DNA of 51,933 nucleotides from a virus. Its lineage: Duplodnaviria; Caudoviricetes. Positions 7,561-16,454 of this stretch are shown piece by piece. The DNA lies in the IMG/VR virus record IMGVR_UViG_3300043707_000134, positions 1 through 51,933 of that record; one strand, given 5' to 3'. How positions within the stretch are numbered: the first letter of the stretch is position 1; every line of letters begins with the position of its first letter. The notes under the pieces are model-generated. The model saw only the letters and a program-made list of their open reading frames with translations, was not told the DNA's origin and made no database searches. The position numbers and the translations under genes are program-made.

Positions 7561-8652
7561 ATGAAGACAGGAAAGAGCCTCGTGGAGCTAGCGCAAGAGG
7601 TAGCTCGCCAGGCGAAGACGAAGCGAGACTTCGTCGCATCCACGGAGGCGATCGCTCCCGTGGTTGGCAAGGGCGGCCAGGTTGCCCTTCGCCTCAAGGG
7701 CAAGGGCGAGTTCGAGATGAACGACCTGTGCCATGATCAGATGGCGGGCCACACCAAAATCCCGCTCAATTATTACAAGAAAATGCGGGAGGAGGCCCCC
7801 GAGCTTCTCGTCAACAACATCGAGACTTGGTTCTCCAAGTATCCGGCAGTGCGGATGCTGCGAACCCTCGATGGCCGAGGCCGAGCCTGGCTCTCGGACA
7901 AGTTCAATGCCCTCGACAATTACGACTTCGCGAATGCCATCCTCCCGGTGCTCAAGAAGCGCAAGCTAGAGATCATGAGTTGCGAAATCACCGAGAAGCG
8001 GCTCTACATCAAGGCCGTCGACGAGCAACTCTTCAAGGACGTCCCCGTCGGCTACAAGATGGGCGACGGCTCTCACCGCATCTTCGACACCTGCGCCCCG
8101 GCGATCATCTGTGCCAACTCTGAGGTCGGCTACGGCCGCCTCGTCATAGAGAGCGGGGTCTACACGAGGGGCTGCACCAACATGGCCCTGTTCGCCAACA
8201 GCGGCATGAAGCGGACCCACGTGGGTGCGCGGCACCGCTTGCTGGAGGAGGTCGAGGACCTGGAGGAGATAATGTCCGAGCAGACCAAGGCCAAGACTAA
8301 CGAGGCTCTCTGGCTGCAAGTCAAGGACATCCTCGCAAGCGCCTTCGACCAAAAAGTGGTGGAGAAGCGGATCGAGAAGATGGAGGCGGCGGCCGGCAAC
8401 AAGATGCCCGGCAAGGTCGAGAAGGTCCTCGAGGTCACCGCCCAGAAGCTGGCCCTCACCGACGATGAGCGAGGCGACGTCCTCAAGTATCTCATCGAGG
8501 GCGGCCAGCTCTCCCAATACGGTCTACACAGCGCCCTCACCCGCGCGGCGCAGGACCGTGACGACTACGATCGTGCCACCGAGCTAGAGTACATGGGCGG
8601 CAAGGTCGTAGAACTTTCGCAACCCGAGTGGGCCTCCTTCGTCAAGGCTTAA
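7561..8652 (+). CDS. DUF932/DUF945-like phage protein
   Basis: ATG 7561 after AAGGAGA; motifs RMLRTLDGRGRAWLSDKF..LDN, ANSEVGYG, CTNM. Confidence 0.7.
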   Translation: MKTGKSLVELAQEVARQAKTKRDFVASTEAIAPVVGKGGQVALRLKGKGEFEMNDLCHDQMAGHTKIPLNYYKKMREEAPELLVNNIETWFSKYPAVRMLRTLDGRGRAWLSDKFNALDNYDFANAILPVLKKRKLEIMSCEITEKRLYIKAVDEQLFKDVPVGYKMGDGSHRIFDTCAPAIICANSEVGYGRLVIESGVYTRGCTNMALFANSGMKRTHVGARHRLLEEVEDLEEIMSEQTKAKTNEALWLQVKDILASAFDQKVVEKRIEKMEAAAGNKMPGKVEKVLEVTAQKLALTDDERGDVLKYLIEGGQLSQYGLHSALTRAAQDRDDYDRATELEYMGGKVVELSQPEWASFVKA

Positions 8653-8677
8653 CTCCAACATTGATACGAGGTGGACT

Positions 8678-9301
8678 ATGAACGAAGTCGTCGAGAAGGT
8701 GAACTACGTATCCAAGTTCAACCGGCTCGTGGAAGAGGCGAAGGCCCTGGGGATGACCGGCGTCAAGCCGGTCTCCTCACACTTTCGCGACAACGCTACT
8801 GGGGAGCGGCGCGTTGCCGCTCTCGAGAGTTCCATCCAAGCATGGAAGGAGGGCCAGGCTGCCGCAGACCGTCAGCCCGGTCCGGAGGTTCAACCCGTAA
8901 CCACAGCAAACGAAGAGGACAATGACATGAGCACTGTACGAAAGACTAAAGCCGCCAAGAAAGCCAAGAAGGCCGCCAGCGGCAACTCCCGCAAGCGCGT
9001 CACGGGCAAGACCGAGAAGGTCGTCCGAGACGGCATCGTGGGAGACTTCGAGACCCGCAAGGGCACCCACAAGGAGGCCCTGCTGCTGGCGCTCTACGAG
9101 CACAAGAACAAGCCGGTGCCGGTGTCCGACCTGCTCAAGGCGGTCTACGGCAGCAAGGACGAGGAGAACCGCGTGGCCCTGATGGGCGGCGTGGTCGTCG
9201 GCCTGGAGATCGCGGTTGCTAAGAAGCCGGGCGCGAAGGGCTGGAAGATCGTGCGAGAGGGCCGCGGCGACGAGGCCACGGTCGCTCTCGTAGCGAAGTA
9301 A
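8678..9301 (+). CDS. hypothetical protein, Lys/Ala-rich linker, possibly DNA-binding
   Basis: 207 aa, GAGGTGG RBS; possible internal start MSTVRK after GAAGAGGAC. Confidence 0.7.
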   Translation: MNEVVEKVNYVSKFNRLVEEAKALGMTGVKPVSSHFRDNATGERRVAALESSIQAWKEGQAAADRQPGPEVQPVTTANEEDNDMSTVRKTKAAKKAKKAASGNSRKRVTGKTEKVVRDGIVGDFETRKGTHKEALLLALYEHKNKPVPVSDLLKAVYGSKDEENRVALMGGVVVGLEIAVAKKPGAKGWKIVREGRGDEATVALVAK

Positions 9302-9312
9302 TCCTGTGACAC

Positions 9313-9350
9313 TGGGGGAGGGGCCACGCGCTCCTCCCCATTTTTTGTTT
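9313..9350 (+). terminator. putative intrinsic terminator
   Basis: G-rich/C-rich stem (TGGGGGAG...CTCCTCCCCA) followed by TTTTTTGTTT right after a stop codon. Confidence 0.6.
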
Positions 9351-9376
9351 CCAGGCCACTCAACGGAGACGCGAGA

Positions 9377-9676
9377 ATGAAGAAGACGATAAAGGAGCGG
9401 CTCAAGTACTCCCCCTCGGAGCAGAAGCTGCTCAACCTGATCCCGCTGGACGGCAAGCGGATAACCACGAAGGAGCTGATCGCCAGGCGCTACCGCGGCG
9501 AGAGCCTCCCGTTCAACGCGGCCACCATCACCACCGGGACCCTGAACAGTCTCATCCGCAAGGCAGACCACAACCGAGAGACCTTCCGCGTGAGGAAGTC
9601 GGGCCGCAAGGGTCCGCGCCCGCAGGAGATATGGGTGGAGAAGAGACATGGCAAGGTACGAGCCGCGGCTTGCTGA
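9377..9676 (+). CDS. basic hypothetical protein (possible wHTH)
   Basis: 99 aa, GGAGA RBS. Confidence 0.65.
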   Translation: MKKTIKERLKYSPSEQKLLNLIPLDGKRITTKELIARRYRGESLPFNAATITTGTLNSLIRKADHNRETFRVRKSGRKGPRPQEIWVEKRHGKVRAAAC

Positions 9677-11105
9677 CAAGCCGCACCAGACGATTGGGAA
9701 GGACCGCATGCGCGGCCGCAGGGTCTTTGCCCTGCTCATGGCCATGCGCACCGGGAAGACCAAGACCGCGCTAGACGACTTCGGGGAGATGGAGCTGGCC
9801 GGAGAGGCGAAGGACCTCCACGTGATGGCTCCCAAGGGGAGCTATCGGGTGTGGCTCCAGCAGATTAGAGAGCACGCGTCTGAGGACCTCCTGACCCGAG
9901 CCAGGGTCCACGTGTGGGAGACCAAGGGCGGAGTGGACCACGACTTCGCGCTGAGGGAGTTCATGCGGAGCGCCGATCCCAAGGTGCCGCGCATCCTCAT
10001 CCAGAACATCGAGAGCCTCGTAACGGAACGGGCCAGGGACCTGACCGTGAACTTCGTAGGCCAACGCCACGCCGAAGTGGTGGTGGACGAGAGTACCATC
10101 ATCAAGACCCACAACATCGCGCGGACCAAGTTCATGCTCCGCCGGGTCAAGCCGCTGAGCTCATATCGGCGCATCCTCTCTGGGCTCCCCGCACCGCGAG
10201 ACCCGCTGGACCTGTTCTGCCAGTTCTACTTCCTCGACAGCCGCATTCTGCGCTGCACCAACTACTACGAGTTCAAGGCTCGCTACGCCATCACCAGGAG
10301 GATACCCGTACCCAACACCAGACTGGGCTACGTGGACATCGTCGTCGGCTTTCAGTACGTGGACGAGATAGCCGAGCTGATCGCTCCCCACTCCTACCGG
10401 ATCAAGCTCGACGACATCGTCGAGCTCCCGGTCAAGTACGAGCAGTGGGAGGTGGAGATGACCCCGGAGCAGCGCCGCATTTACGTCAAGCTGAGGGAGG
10501 AGGCGATCGCCGAGCTGGAGGTGCCCGGGACATTCGTATCGGGCGCGATGGTGGTGGTTCGCATGCTGCGGCTGCACCAGCTGCTCATGGGTTACGTCGT
10601 AGATCAAAACGGGGTTCACAGGGAGATCGATGAGAACCGCACCCAGGCGCTCTTGGACCTGCTCGCGGAGTACGACGGCAAGGCCGTCATCTGGTGCTCC
10701 TACGACTACTCCGTCAGGAAGATCGCAGCCGCCCTGGAGAAGGAGTACGGGGCAGAGGCGGTAGCTCGGTTCTGGGGCAGGAACGCGAACGTGAGAGAGG
10801 AGGAGGACCGGCGCTTCACCCAGGAGGACAAGTGCCGGTTCATGGTGGCGACCCCTGGCTCTGGAGGCCGCGGGAGGAAGTGGGACGTGGCCAACCTGGT
10901 CGTCTACTACTCCAACACCGACAACCTGGAGCACCGCGACCAGTCGGAGGAGCGGGCTAAGGACATGCACAAGGAGGCGACCACGCTGTACGTTGACCTC
11001 GTCGTCAAGGGCACCGTGGACGAGAAGATCATCCGGGCGCTGCGACAGAAGATCAACCTCGCAGCCACCATCACCGGGGACGACTACCGAGAGTGGTTGA
11101 TCTAA
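9648..11105 (+). CDS. SNF2-family (SF2) helicase/ATPase
   Basis: Walker A MAMRTGKT, Walker B VVVDES, motif III ILSGLP, DLFCQFYFLD, C-terminal QSEERA and YVDLVVKGTVDEKI. Confidence 0.9.
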   Translation: MARYEPRLADKPHQTIGKDRMRGRRVFALLMAMRTGKTKTALDDFGEMELAGEAKDLHVMAPKGSYRVWLQQIREHASEDLLTRARVHVWETKGGVDHDFALREFMRSADPKVPRILIQNIESLVTERARDLTVNFVGQRHAEVVVDESTIIKTHNIARTKFMLRRVKPLSSYRRILSGLPAPRDPLDLFCQFYFLDSRILRCTNYYEFKARYAITRRIPVPNTRLGYVDIVVGFQYVDEIAELIAPHSYRIKLDDIVELPVKYEQWEVEMTPEQRRIYVKLREEAIAELEVPGTFVSGAMVVVRMLRLHQLLMGYVVDQNGVHREIDENRTQALLDLLAEYDGKAVIWCSYDYSVRKIAAALEKEYGAEAVARFWGRNANVREEEDRRFTQEDKCRFMVATPGSGGRGRKWDVANLVVYYSNTDNLEHRDQSEERAKDMHKEATTLYVDLVVKGTVDEKIIRALRQKINLAATITGDDYREWLI

Positions 11106-11123
11106 CACAGAAGGACGAGGACA

Positions 11124-12365
11124 ATGTGGAATGAGATACTGCGACTACTGCGAAGGCTGGTGCCGTGGCGCCAGCGCGAGGCCGTTACGATCCTGCCACC
11201 AGAGCCCCCGCCAAAGCCTCTGCCCGAGGTGGTGCTGGAGCTGCTCAAGCCGGTGGAGGCAGAGGTCGTAGACTTCCCAGAGCCGGCGCCGGCGCCGCAG
11301 CCGCTCGAGCCAGATGGCTCCCCCGACGAGCCGATGCCGCCGAGACCCAAGCGCACCATGCCGTGGCACGGTAAGGGAAGCCGCGGGCCCTACGAGATGG
11401 CCAAGCTGAGGAAGTCTGTCGCGGAGGAGACCGACACCATCCTGCAGCGGTTCTCCGAGCTCTCCAAGGCTGGCCTCCCAGACACCGGTTGGAAGCACGC
11501 CCAGGTGGACCTCCTCGAGCAGCTGCTTGGGAACGACTTCATGCTCTTCAACGAGGAGCTGAAGAACAGCATGCGCGGCGGCGACAAGTACTCCGGCATC
11601 GACAACGCCAACGCCAAGGAGCTGGCCGAGGCGCTGTGGCCGATCGACTTCGGCTTTGCCGGCTACTACGACCGCGAGGACGACGAGGTGCCCCACGTGG
11701 CCATGCAGTGGGTCCACAGTGTTAAGGCCGAGGACTTCCGCGGCCGGATCAGGATGGCTGCGCCCAAGATGGTGCAAATCATCGATTCTCGCTTCGGCGA
11801 CAACGGCATGTTCAAGGTGTACGACCACCTCTACGGGCTCATCGGCAACCGGTGGTCTCCCCTAGACACCGGCCTCTCCAGAGAGCGGGAGGTCTCCGTT
11901 ATGAAGGGAGCCTACCGGGCCACCCGCTCCAACCGGTCGGCGGACTTCTTCAACAAGGTCATCGTTACGGCCATGGCGGAGCAGCTGGAGGCACGCTACC
12001 AGTGGCACGTTGCCTTTGGGGCGGAGGAGGGTGGGCCCAGGATCATCCTGCCGACCAACCCCACCAGCGCCCTAAAGCTGTTCCGGGACCGCGAGCGGGA
12101 CAGGGAGACGGACCGCCGGCTGGCTCTGCGCCACTGGGTCGAGAAGCACTACCGCGATACCGATGAGGCGGGCACCGCCTACGTGAGGGACCACCTCCGC
12201 GGCCACACCAAGTTCGTCTGGAACGATTACGACTGCGAGCTCATGGTCTCCGCCTACGACCTGGAGAAGAACGAGCTGTTTCGAGAGGAGGCGGAGAAGT
12301 GGCGGGCCGCTCGCAAGCACAACCGCTTTCGGGTCCGCCTGAAGAAGGGAGGGCTCAAGAGGTGA
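11124..12365 (+). CDS. hypothetical protein
   Basis: 413 aa, GAGGA RBS, Pro-rich N-terminus, C-terminal RHWV..H...YVRDHLRG. Confidence 0.75.
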   Translation: MWNEILRLLRRLVPWRQREAVTILPPEPPPKPLPEVVLELLKPVEAEVVDFPEPAPAPQPLEPDGSPDEPMPPRPKRTMPWHGKGSRGPYEMAKLRKSVAEETDTILQRFSELSKAGLPDTGWKHAQVDLLEQLLGNDFMLFNEELKNSMRGGDKYSGIDNANAKELAEALWPIDFGFAGYYDREDDEVPHVAMQWVHSVKAEDFRGRIRMAAPKMVQIIDSRFGDNGMFKVYDHLYGLIGNRWSPLDTGLSREREVSVMKGAYRATRSNRSADFFNKVIVTAMAEQLEARYQWHVAFGAEEGGPRIILPTNPTSALKLFRDRERDRETDRRLALRHWVEKHYRDTDEAGTAYVRDHLRGHTKFVWNDYDCELMVSAYDLEKNELFREEAEKWRAARKHNRFRVRLKKGGLKR

Positions 12366-12640
12366 GCGACGGCCTTGATCTGAGGGCGGGCGAGACCATC
12401 TTCATGCCCGCCCCGGCGCTCGAGCAGTGGGCCAAAGCAGCCAAGCCGGGGGAGCGCAGGGTGTACGCGCTTGGAAACCTGACCAAGGATGGCAGGGTGC
12501 CGGCGGGCGGCCTGCTCCTCCACGACACGGCCAAGATGGCCAGGAGGTGGGCCCGCGCCGAACTCGTTATACTGGTGCAGAGGAAGGTGGCGGAGGAGTG
12601 CTATGAGTACATCGCCGTCAAGACAGCTGGTCCGCGGTAG
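12362..12640 (+). CDS. hypothetical protein
   Basis: GTG overlapping upstream TGA, in frame with ORF 12299..12640. Confidence 0.6.
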   Translation: MSDGLDLRAGETIFMPAPALEQWAKAAKPGERRVYALGNLTKDGRVPAGGLLLHDTAKMARRWARAELVILVQRKVAEECYEYIAVKTAGPR

Positions 12641-12644
12641 CCGC

Positions 12645-12803
12645 GTGGCCAATAGGATCGACCCGCGCCACTGCGGCCGGGTCACCAAGTTCGCCCGAGG
12701 CAAGATGGCCTGGGTGAAGTGGGAGACCTCCGGTTGGGTCTCCCGCGTTCCCGTGAGAGACCTCGTCGTCATAACAGAGGAGAAGAGCGATCATGACGAA
12801 TGA
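12645..12803 (+). CDS. small hypothetical protein
   Basis: GTG 12645 in ORF 12489..12803; fills the gap between neighbours. Confidence 0.4.
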   Translation: MANRIDPRHCGRVTKFARGKMAWVKWETSGWVSRVPVRDLVVITEEKSDHDE

Positions 12804-13161
12804 AGACAGCGAGCGGCGCCTACCGCCTCGCGTTAACCTAGCGACCCTCGAGCGGTCCCTCGGAGAGCCGCTGCCAGAGCCGCCGACTCCCCCGCCCGCA
12901 GACATGCCCTCCCCCTTAAGGTATGCTCAGCCGGTGAGGCGAGAGGCAGCCAGGATCAACCCCGTGACGCAGCCGCAGCTGACGCCGCTTCAGATGATCG
13001 CCAAGCTCATCCTAGAACTCCCGTGGAGGGACGCAGAGGCGATGGGCAAGGCGATCGACGGAAAGAAGCAGGACGGCAAGTCAACCATCTCGGGCATCAT
13101 GGACTGGGCCTTCGAGTGGGAGACGTTTCGAGACGAGGAGCGACCAACCCCGCGAGACTGA
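12793..13161 (+). CDS. hypothetical protein
   Basis: 122 aa, GAGGAG RBS. Confidence 0.7.
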   Translation: MTNEDSERRLPPRVNLATLERSLGEPLPEPPTPPPADMPSPLRYAQPVRREAARINPVTQPQLTPLQMIAKLILELPWRDAEAMGKAIDGKKQDGKSTISGIMDWAFEWETFRDEERPTPRD

Positions 13162-13175
13162 CTTTCTAGGTCGTA

Positions 13176-13301
13176 TAAGTCGCCCCCGTCGGAGCTTGTA
13201 CCCTTATGCCGGCGGGCTCGCATCGCCTAGGAAGGGGACCGGGCAGCCTGTCGTGGTTACGAGCTGACCCGGTCCCCACTTTTATTACGAGAGAGAGGAC
13301 A
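13176..13301 (+). promoter_or_regulatory. putative phage promoter/leader, copy 2
   Basis: Same TAAGTCGCCCCC..TACCCTT and TATTACGA..GAGGACA blocks as 6374-6502. Confidence 0.45.
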
Positions 13302-13303
13302 GC

Positions 13304-13759
13304 ATGAACTACGCAATCGTAAATCCGCAGGCCAAGGAGGTCCGAATCATCTCCGCCTTCGACATGGCTGGGGCCAAGCGCGTGGCCGGCCTCAACGGCG
13401 TCGACTTTGGCGTCGTCTACCCGGCTCACGCGAGAGGAGACAAGATCGGGCTCGGCATAGTGGTGTACGAGTTCGGTCTGCTGAGGGAGGACCCCGCGGG
13501 CAAGCCGGTGCCGCACCTGCCGCTCTTTGGCTTTCACTACGGCCTCTACGCCGGCAAGGCGGTGCTATACTCCTTCGATGAAACGGGAGAGACCGTGGAC
13601 CTGAGGCCCACGCGAGATGAGCTCAAGCGAGACATCCTGTGGTTGCCCACTCACGCGGACGCGGAGCGGGCGATCGCCGGAGGGCTCGTTAGGAGACCCT
13701 ACAACGCCATCAACGACAAGGTGCTATCGCAATGGCCGAACATGACCGTCCTGGGCTGA
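13304..13759 (+). CDS. hypothetical protein
   Basis: 151 aa, GAGGA RBS. Confidence 0.75.
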   Translation: MNYAIVNPQAKEVRIISAFDMAGAKRVAGLNGVDFGVVYPAHARGDKIGLGIVVYEFGLLREDPAGKPVPHLPLFGFHYGLYAGKAVLYSFDETGETVDLRPTRDELKRDILWLPTHADAERAIAGGLVRRPYNAINDKVLSQWPNMTVLG

Positions 13760-13998
13760 GGGACATCAGCGACAGCGAGTTCGCTCGCCTGATCAACCCG
13801 AGGGCCGTCGTAGAGGCGAGGGACGAGGTCATGATCCAGGAGACCTGCGCCAGGCTGTCCAAGGTCATGGCCATCCTCCTGTTCAAGCTCGGCGACAACC
13901 ACCGAGAGAGCGTCAAGCTGCTCGAGTCTCTCTCGGAGCACACGGAGAGCGTCATCGATGAGCTCTGGGATATGTACGCAGAGAGGAGGATCAGGTGA
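13732..13998 (+). CDS. hypothetical protein
   Basis: 88-aa ORF in operon context. Confidence 0.6.
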   Translation: MAEHDRPGLRDISDSEFARLINPRAVVEARDEVMIQETCARLSKVMAILLFKLGDNHRESVKLLESLSEHTESVIDELWDMYAERRIR

Positions 13999-14351
13999 AC
14001 CGCAGCGCAGCGATCGCAGCCTGGGCCAGCGTGGCCCTCGCCGGTTGGTTTGCGTTCTGTATGGCTTTGGTGCCGGTGAGACCCCGCCCGCCCCCGGTGA
14101 GGATGATCGAGGCGGCGTGGCCCGCGGCGGGCCCCAAGAGCGACCGGCTACCCATCGTCGAGGTGACTCAGCCGGTGGAGGAGCCGACTGAGGTGGTGCC
14201 TGCCGTTGAGCCTCCACCCGAGGCGGCGCCGGTGGTTGAGGAGAAGCCGGCTCCTCCTCCCAAGCCCAACGACATCTGCGCTCGCCACGGCGGGCGCAGG
14301 CAGACCTACTACAAAGCGAAGCGCGAGATGTGGCGGTGCGTGTATGACTAG
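13995..14351 (+). CDS. membrane-anchored Pro-rich hypothetical protein
   Basis: GTG start after GAGGAGG; N-terminal hydrophobic helix; C-terminal DICARHGGRR...WRC. Confidence 0.7.
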   Translation: MNRSAAIAAWASVALAGWFAFCMALVPVRPRPPPVRMIEAAWPAAGPKSDRLPIVEVTQPVEEPTEVVPAVEPPPEAAPVVEEKPAPPPKPNDICARHGGRRQTYYKAKREMWRCVYD

Positions 14352-14428
14352 ACCATGCGGGTTCTGCCAGGAGGTCCGCCGCCAGCTCTTTCGGGTGGCT
14401 AGGTTCATTCCCAGCCACCGCCCTCCTC

Positions 14429-15868
14429 TGCCACTAAGCCAAAGCGACCCATCGCGGAGAAGCGAGCCAACGTTGTCAAGAGACCCGAGGCGCGAGAGCG
14501 AGCCAACCATATTGAGAGACCCAACCAAGCTCAGCGCGCCAGATAGGCGATAGAGAACCGAGGTAGGCAAGCGAGCCAGATGAAGTCAGCGACCCAGACC
14601 ACGGAGCGAGCCAGAAGAGTGCAGAGGACCCGTAAGCGACGAGCGAGCCAAATATACCGAGCGACCCATTATCGAAAAGCGAGCCACCGCTCTCCAAGAG
14701 ACCCCGGCCAAGGTAGCGTGCCAGTCGTACCGAGAGCACCAGAATTTCGGAGCGTGCCATCAAACAGAGCGACCCTAATTCTACAGCGAGTCAATGTATC
14801 ATAGCGACCCAGGAGTTCTGAAGCGAGCCAAGACCTGAACTGATCCAATGCGACCAGCGAGCCCACGCCCGGAAGAGAACCATGAATGGGTAGCGCGCCA
14901 AGGTTGGAGAGTGACCCAGTTGGGCTGAGCGCGCCAGCGACCGGAGTGACCCAATAGCGTACCGCGTGCCAGCTTTCATGAGTGACCCAAAGATGAGCAG
15001 CGCGCTCAGTGTACTTGAGTGACCCAATGAAGACCAGCGAGCCAACGTTTCCAAGCGACCCCGTACCAGCTAGCGCCATCGCTTTATAGAGAGACCCACC
15101 CGAGGAAAGCGGGCCAGCCCTAGCGAGCGACCCAGACGGTCAGAGCGAGCCCGGATGAAGAAAGAGACCCATGCGCATCTAGCGAGCCTCGGGCCCTCAG
15201 AGACCCTGGACCCGTGAGCGAGCCACGGCTGACGAGCGACCCAAGAACCCCCAGCGGGCCGTCCATCTCAAGAGACCCAGATGACGATAGCGAGCCCGAG
15301 TACGAGAGAGACCCAAGGCTGAGCGAGCCGACCACACGAAGGCGACCCACGGTGCAGAGCGAGCCATCAATCGTCAGTGACCCCAAGGCTCTTAGCGCGC
15401 CCGCAAACTGCAGTGACCCCCAAGAAGCGAGCGAGCCAATCTGCCGGAGTGACCCGTAGAGGTACAGCGAGCCAATCGCAATGAGAGACCCAAACCCTTG
15501 CAGCGCGCCACAGGTTTGTAGTGACCCAGTGATCTCAAGCGTGCCAGGCGAGACAGTCGACCCACGCCGTCCCAGAGCGAGCCGGCATTTATGAGAGACC
15601 CAGAGCAAGCCAGCGTGCCATATCTAAGCAGCGACCCCGAACCGACGAGCGAGCTACTCTTTATAAGTGACCCGACAACATCTAGCGAGCCATTGCGACG
15701 TAAGTGACCCCGTGCCTCCTAGCGGCCTCAAGTTCGAAGCGACCCGAGACGTACTAGCGTGCCCGGGCGGCAGAGAGACCCACGCGAACCTAGCGTGCCT
15801 CTTTCATCTAGCGACCCAAGAAGCTGCAGCGAGCCATGGTGAGCCTAGAGACCCAAAGTCCTGAAGCG
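14429..15868 (+). ncRNA. TIGR-like dual-spacer guide RNA array 2 (40 units, no adjacent tas gene)
   Basis: Same alternating 8-mers and ~10-nt variable segments as array 1; 40 units counted by hand over 1440 nt; some units have 1-3 nt indels. Confidence 0.92.
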
Positions 15869-15886
15869 ACCTTCCTCCTTCCCTAA

Positions 15887-15915
15887 CCTGGAGCCCTTCA
15901 CACAAGGGCTCCAGG
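15887..15915 (+). terminator. strong hairpin closing array 2 (terminator or 3' stabiliser)
   Basis: CCTGGAGCCCTT-cacac-AAGGGCTCCAGG, perfect 12-bp stem; no U-tract. Confidence 0.5.
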
Positions 15916-16153
15916 GGGTCCTGACCCTCCGCCCATCCCCCCTCCCCCTGATCGCACCCATGGGCCTCTCTAGGGCCCAGGAAGTCCAGCATCAACCCCT
16001 CCAAGACCCCTCCCAGCCTTCTCCCCCTCCCCTAGACCCCTACCAGGCCGCGGCAGACGCCGGCCCATGCGTTCCCCCAACCCCAGAGCTACCTTCCCTC
16101 AGACCCCCTCGCCAAAACGCGCCTGTAGATAGGACTTTCTTCCTAGCCTTGGA

Positions 16154-16183
16154 CAAAGGAAGAGGCCCCCTCGCGGGAGCCTC
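16154..16183 (-). terminator. putative terminator of the late operon
   Basis: Minus strand GAGGCTCCC-gcga-GGGGGCCTC followed by TTCCTTTGT. Confidence 0.55.
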
Positions 16184-16289
16184 AGTCACAGGTGGCCTTA
16201 GACGAACCGTTACGAAAACTGTTACGAGTCAGCACCCCCGGCAGATTGGGGGCGGCGCGGGAGGGACCGGCGGCAGCGGAGCCACCTCG

Positions 16290-16454
16290 CTAGTAGTGGA
16301 CGAGGCCGTGAAACGCACCACCGAATATCTCCGCCAGAATCCAGAACGCGATCGCGATCGCCAGCATGTTCCAGCCTCCCACGGATGAGAAGCGCGAGGC
16401 TATGCAGGCGAACACGAACGCGAAGCACAGGAGTATCAGACCGATCGTTGCCAT
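16290..16454 (-). CDS. 54-aa two-TM membrane protein (holin-like candidate; not in ORF track)
   Basis: Hand translation MATIGLILLCFAFVFACIASRFSSVGGWNMLAIAIAFWILAEIFGGAFHGLVHY*; TGATG coupling to preceding gene. Confidence 0.7.
   Translation of the reverse strand: MATIGLILLCFAFVFACIASRFSSVGGWNMLAIAIAFWILAEIFGGAFHGLVHY

Noticed and set aside
768-13537. Long minus-strand ORFs opposite early genes (e.g. 8777..9835, 10161..11108)
   Set aside because: Antisense shadows typical of high-GC3 coding DNA; no RBS or recognisable motifs
5598-15868. Calling the arrays CRISPR
   Set aside because: Repeats are two alternating 8-mers with ~10-nt spacers, not 23-47-nt repeats with ~30-nt spacers; no cas genes are visible
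14148-16428. ORFs over array 2 and the C-rich junction
   Set aside because: Same artefact; frames shift at every indel-bearing unit
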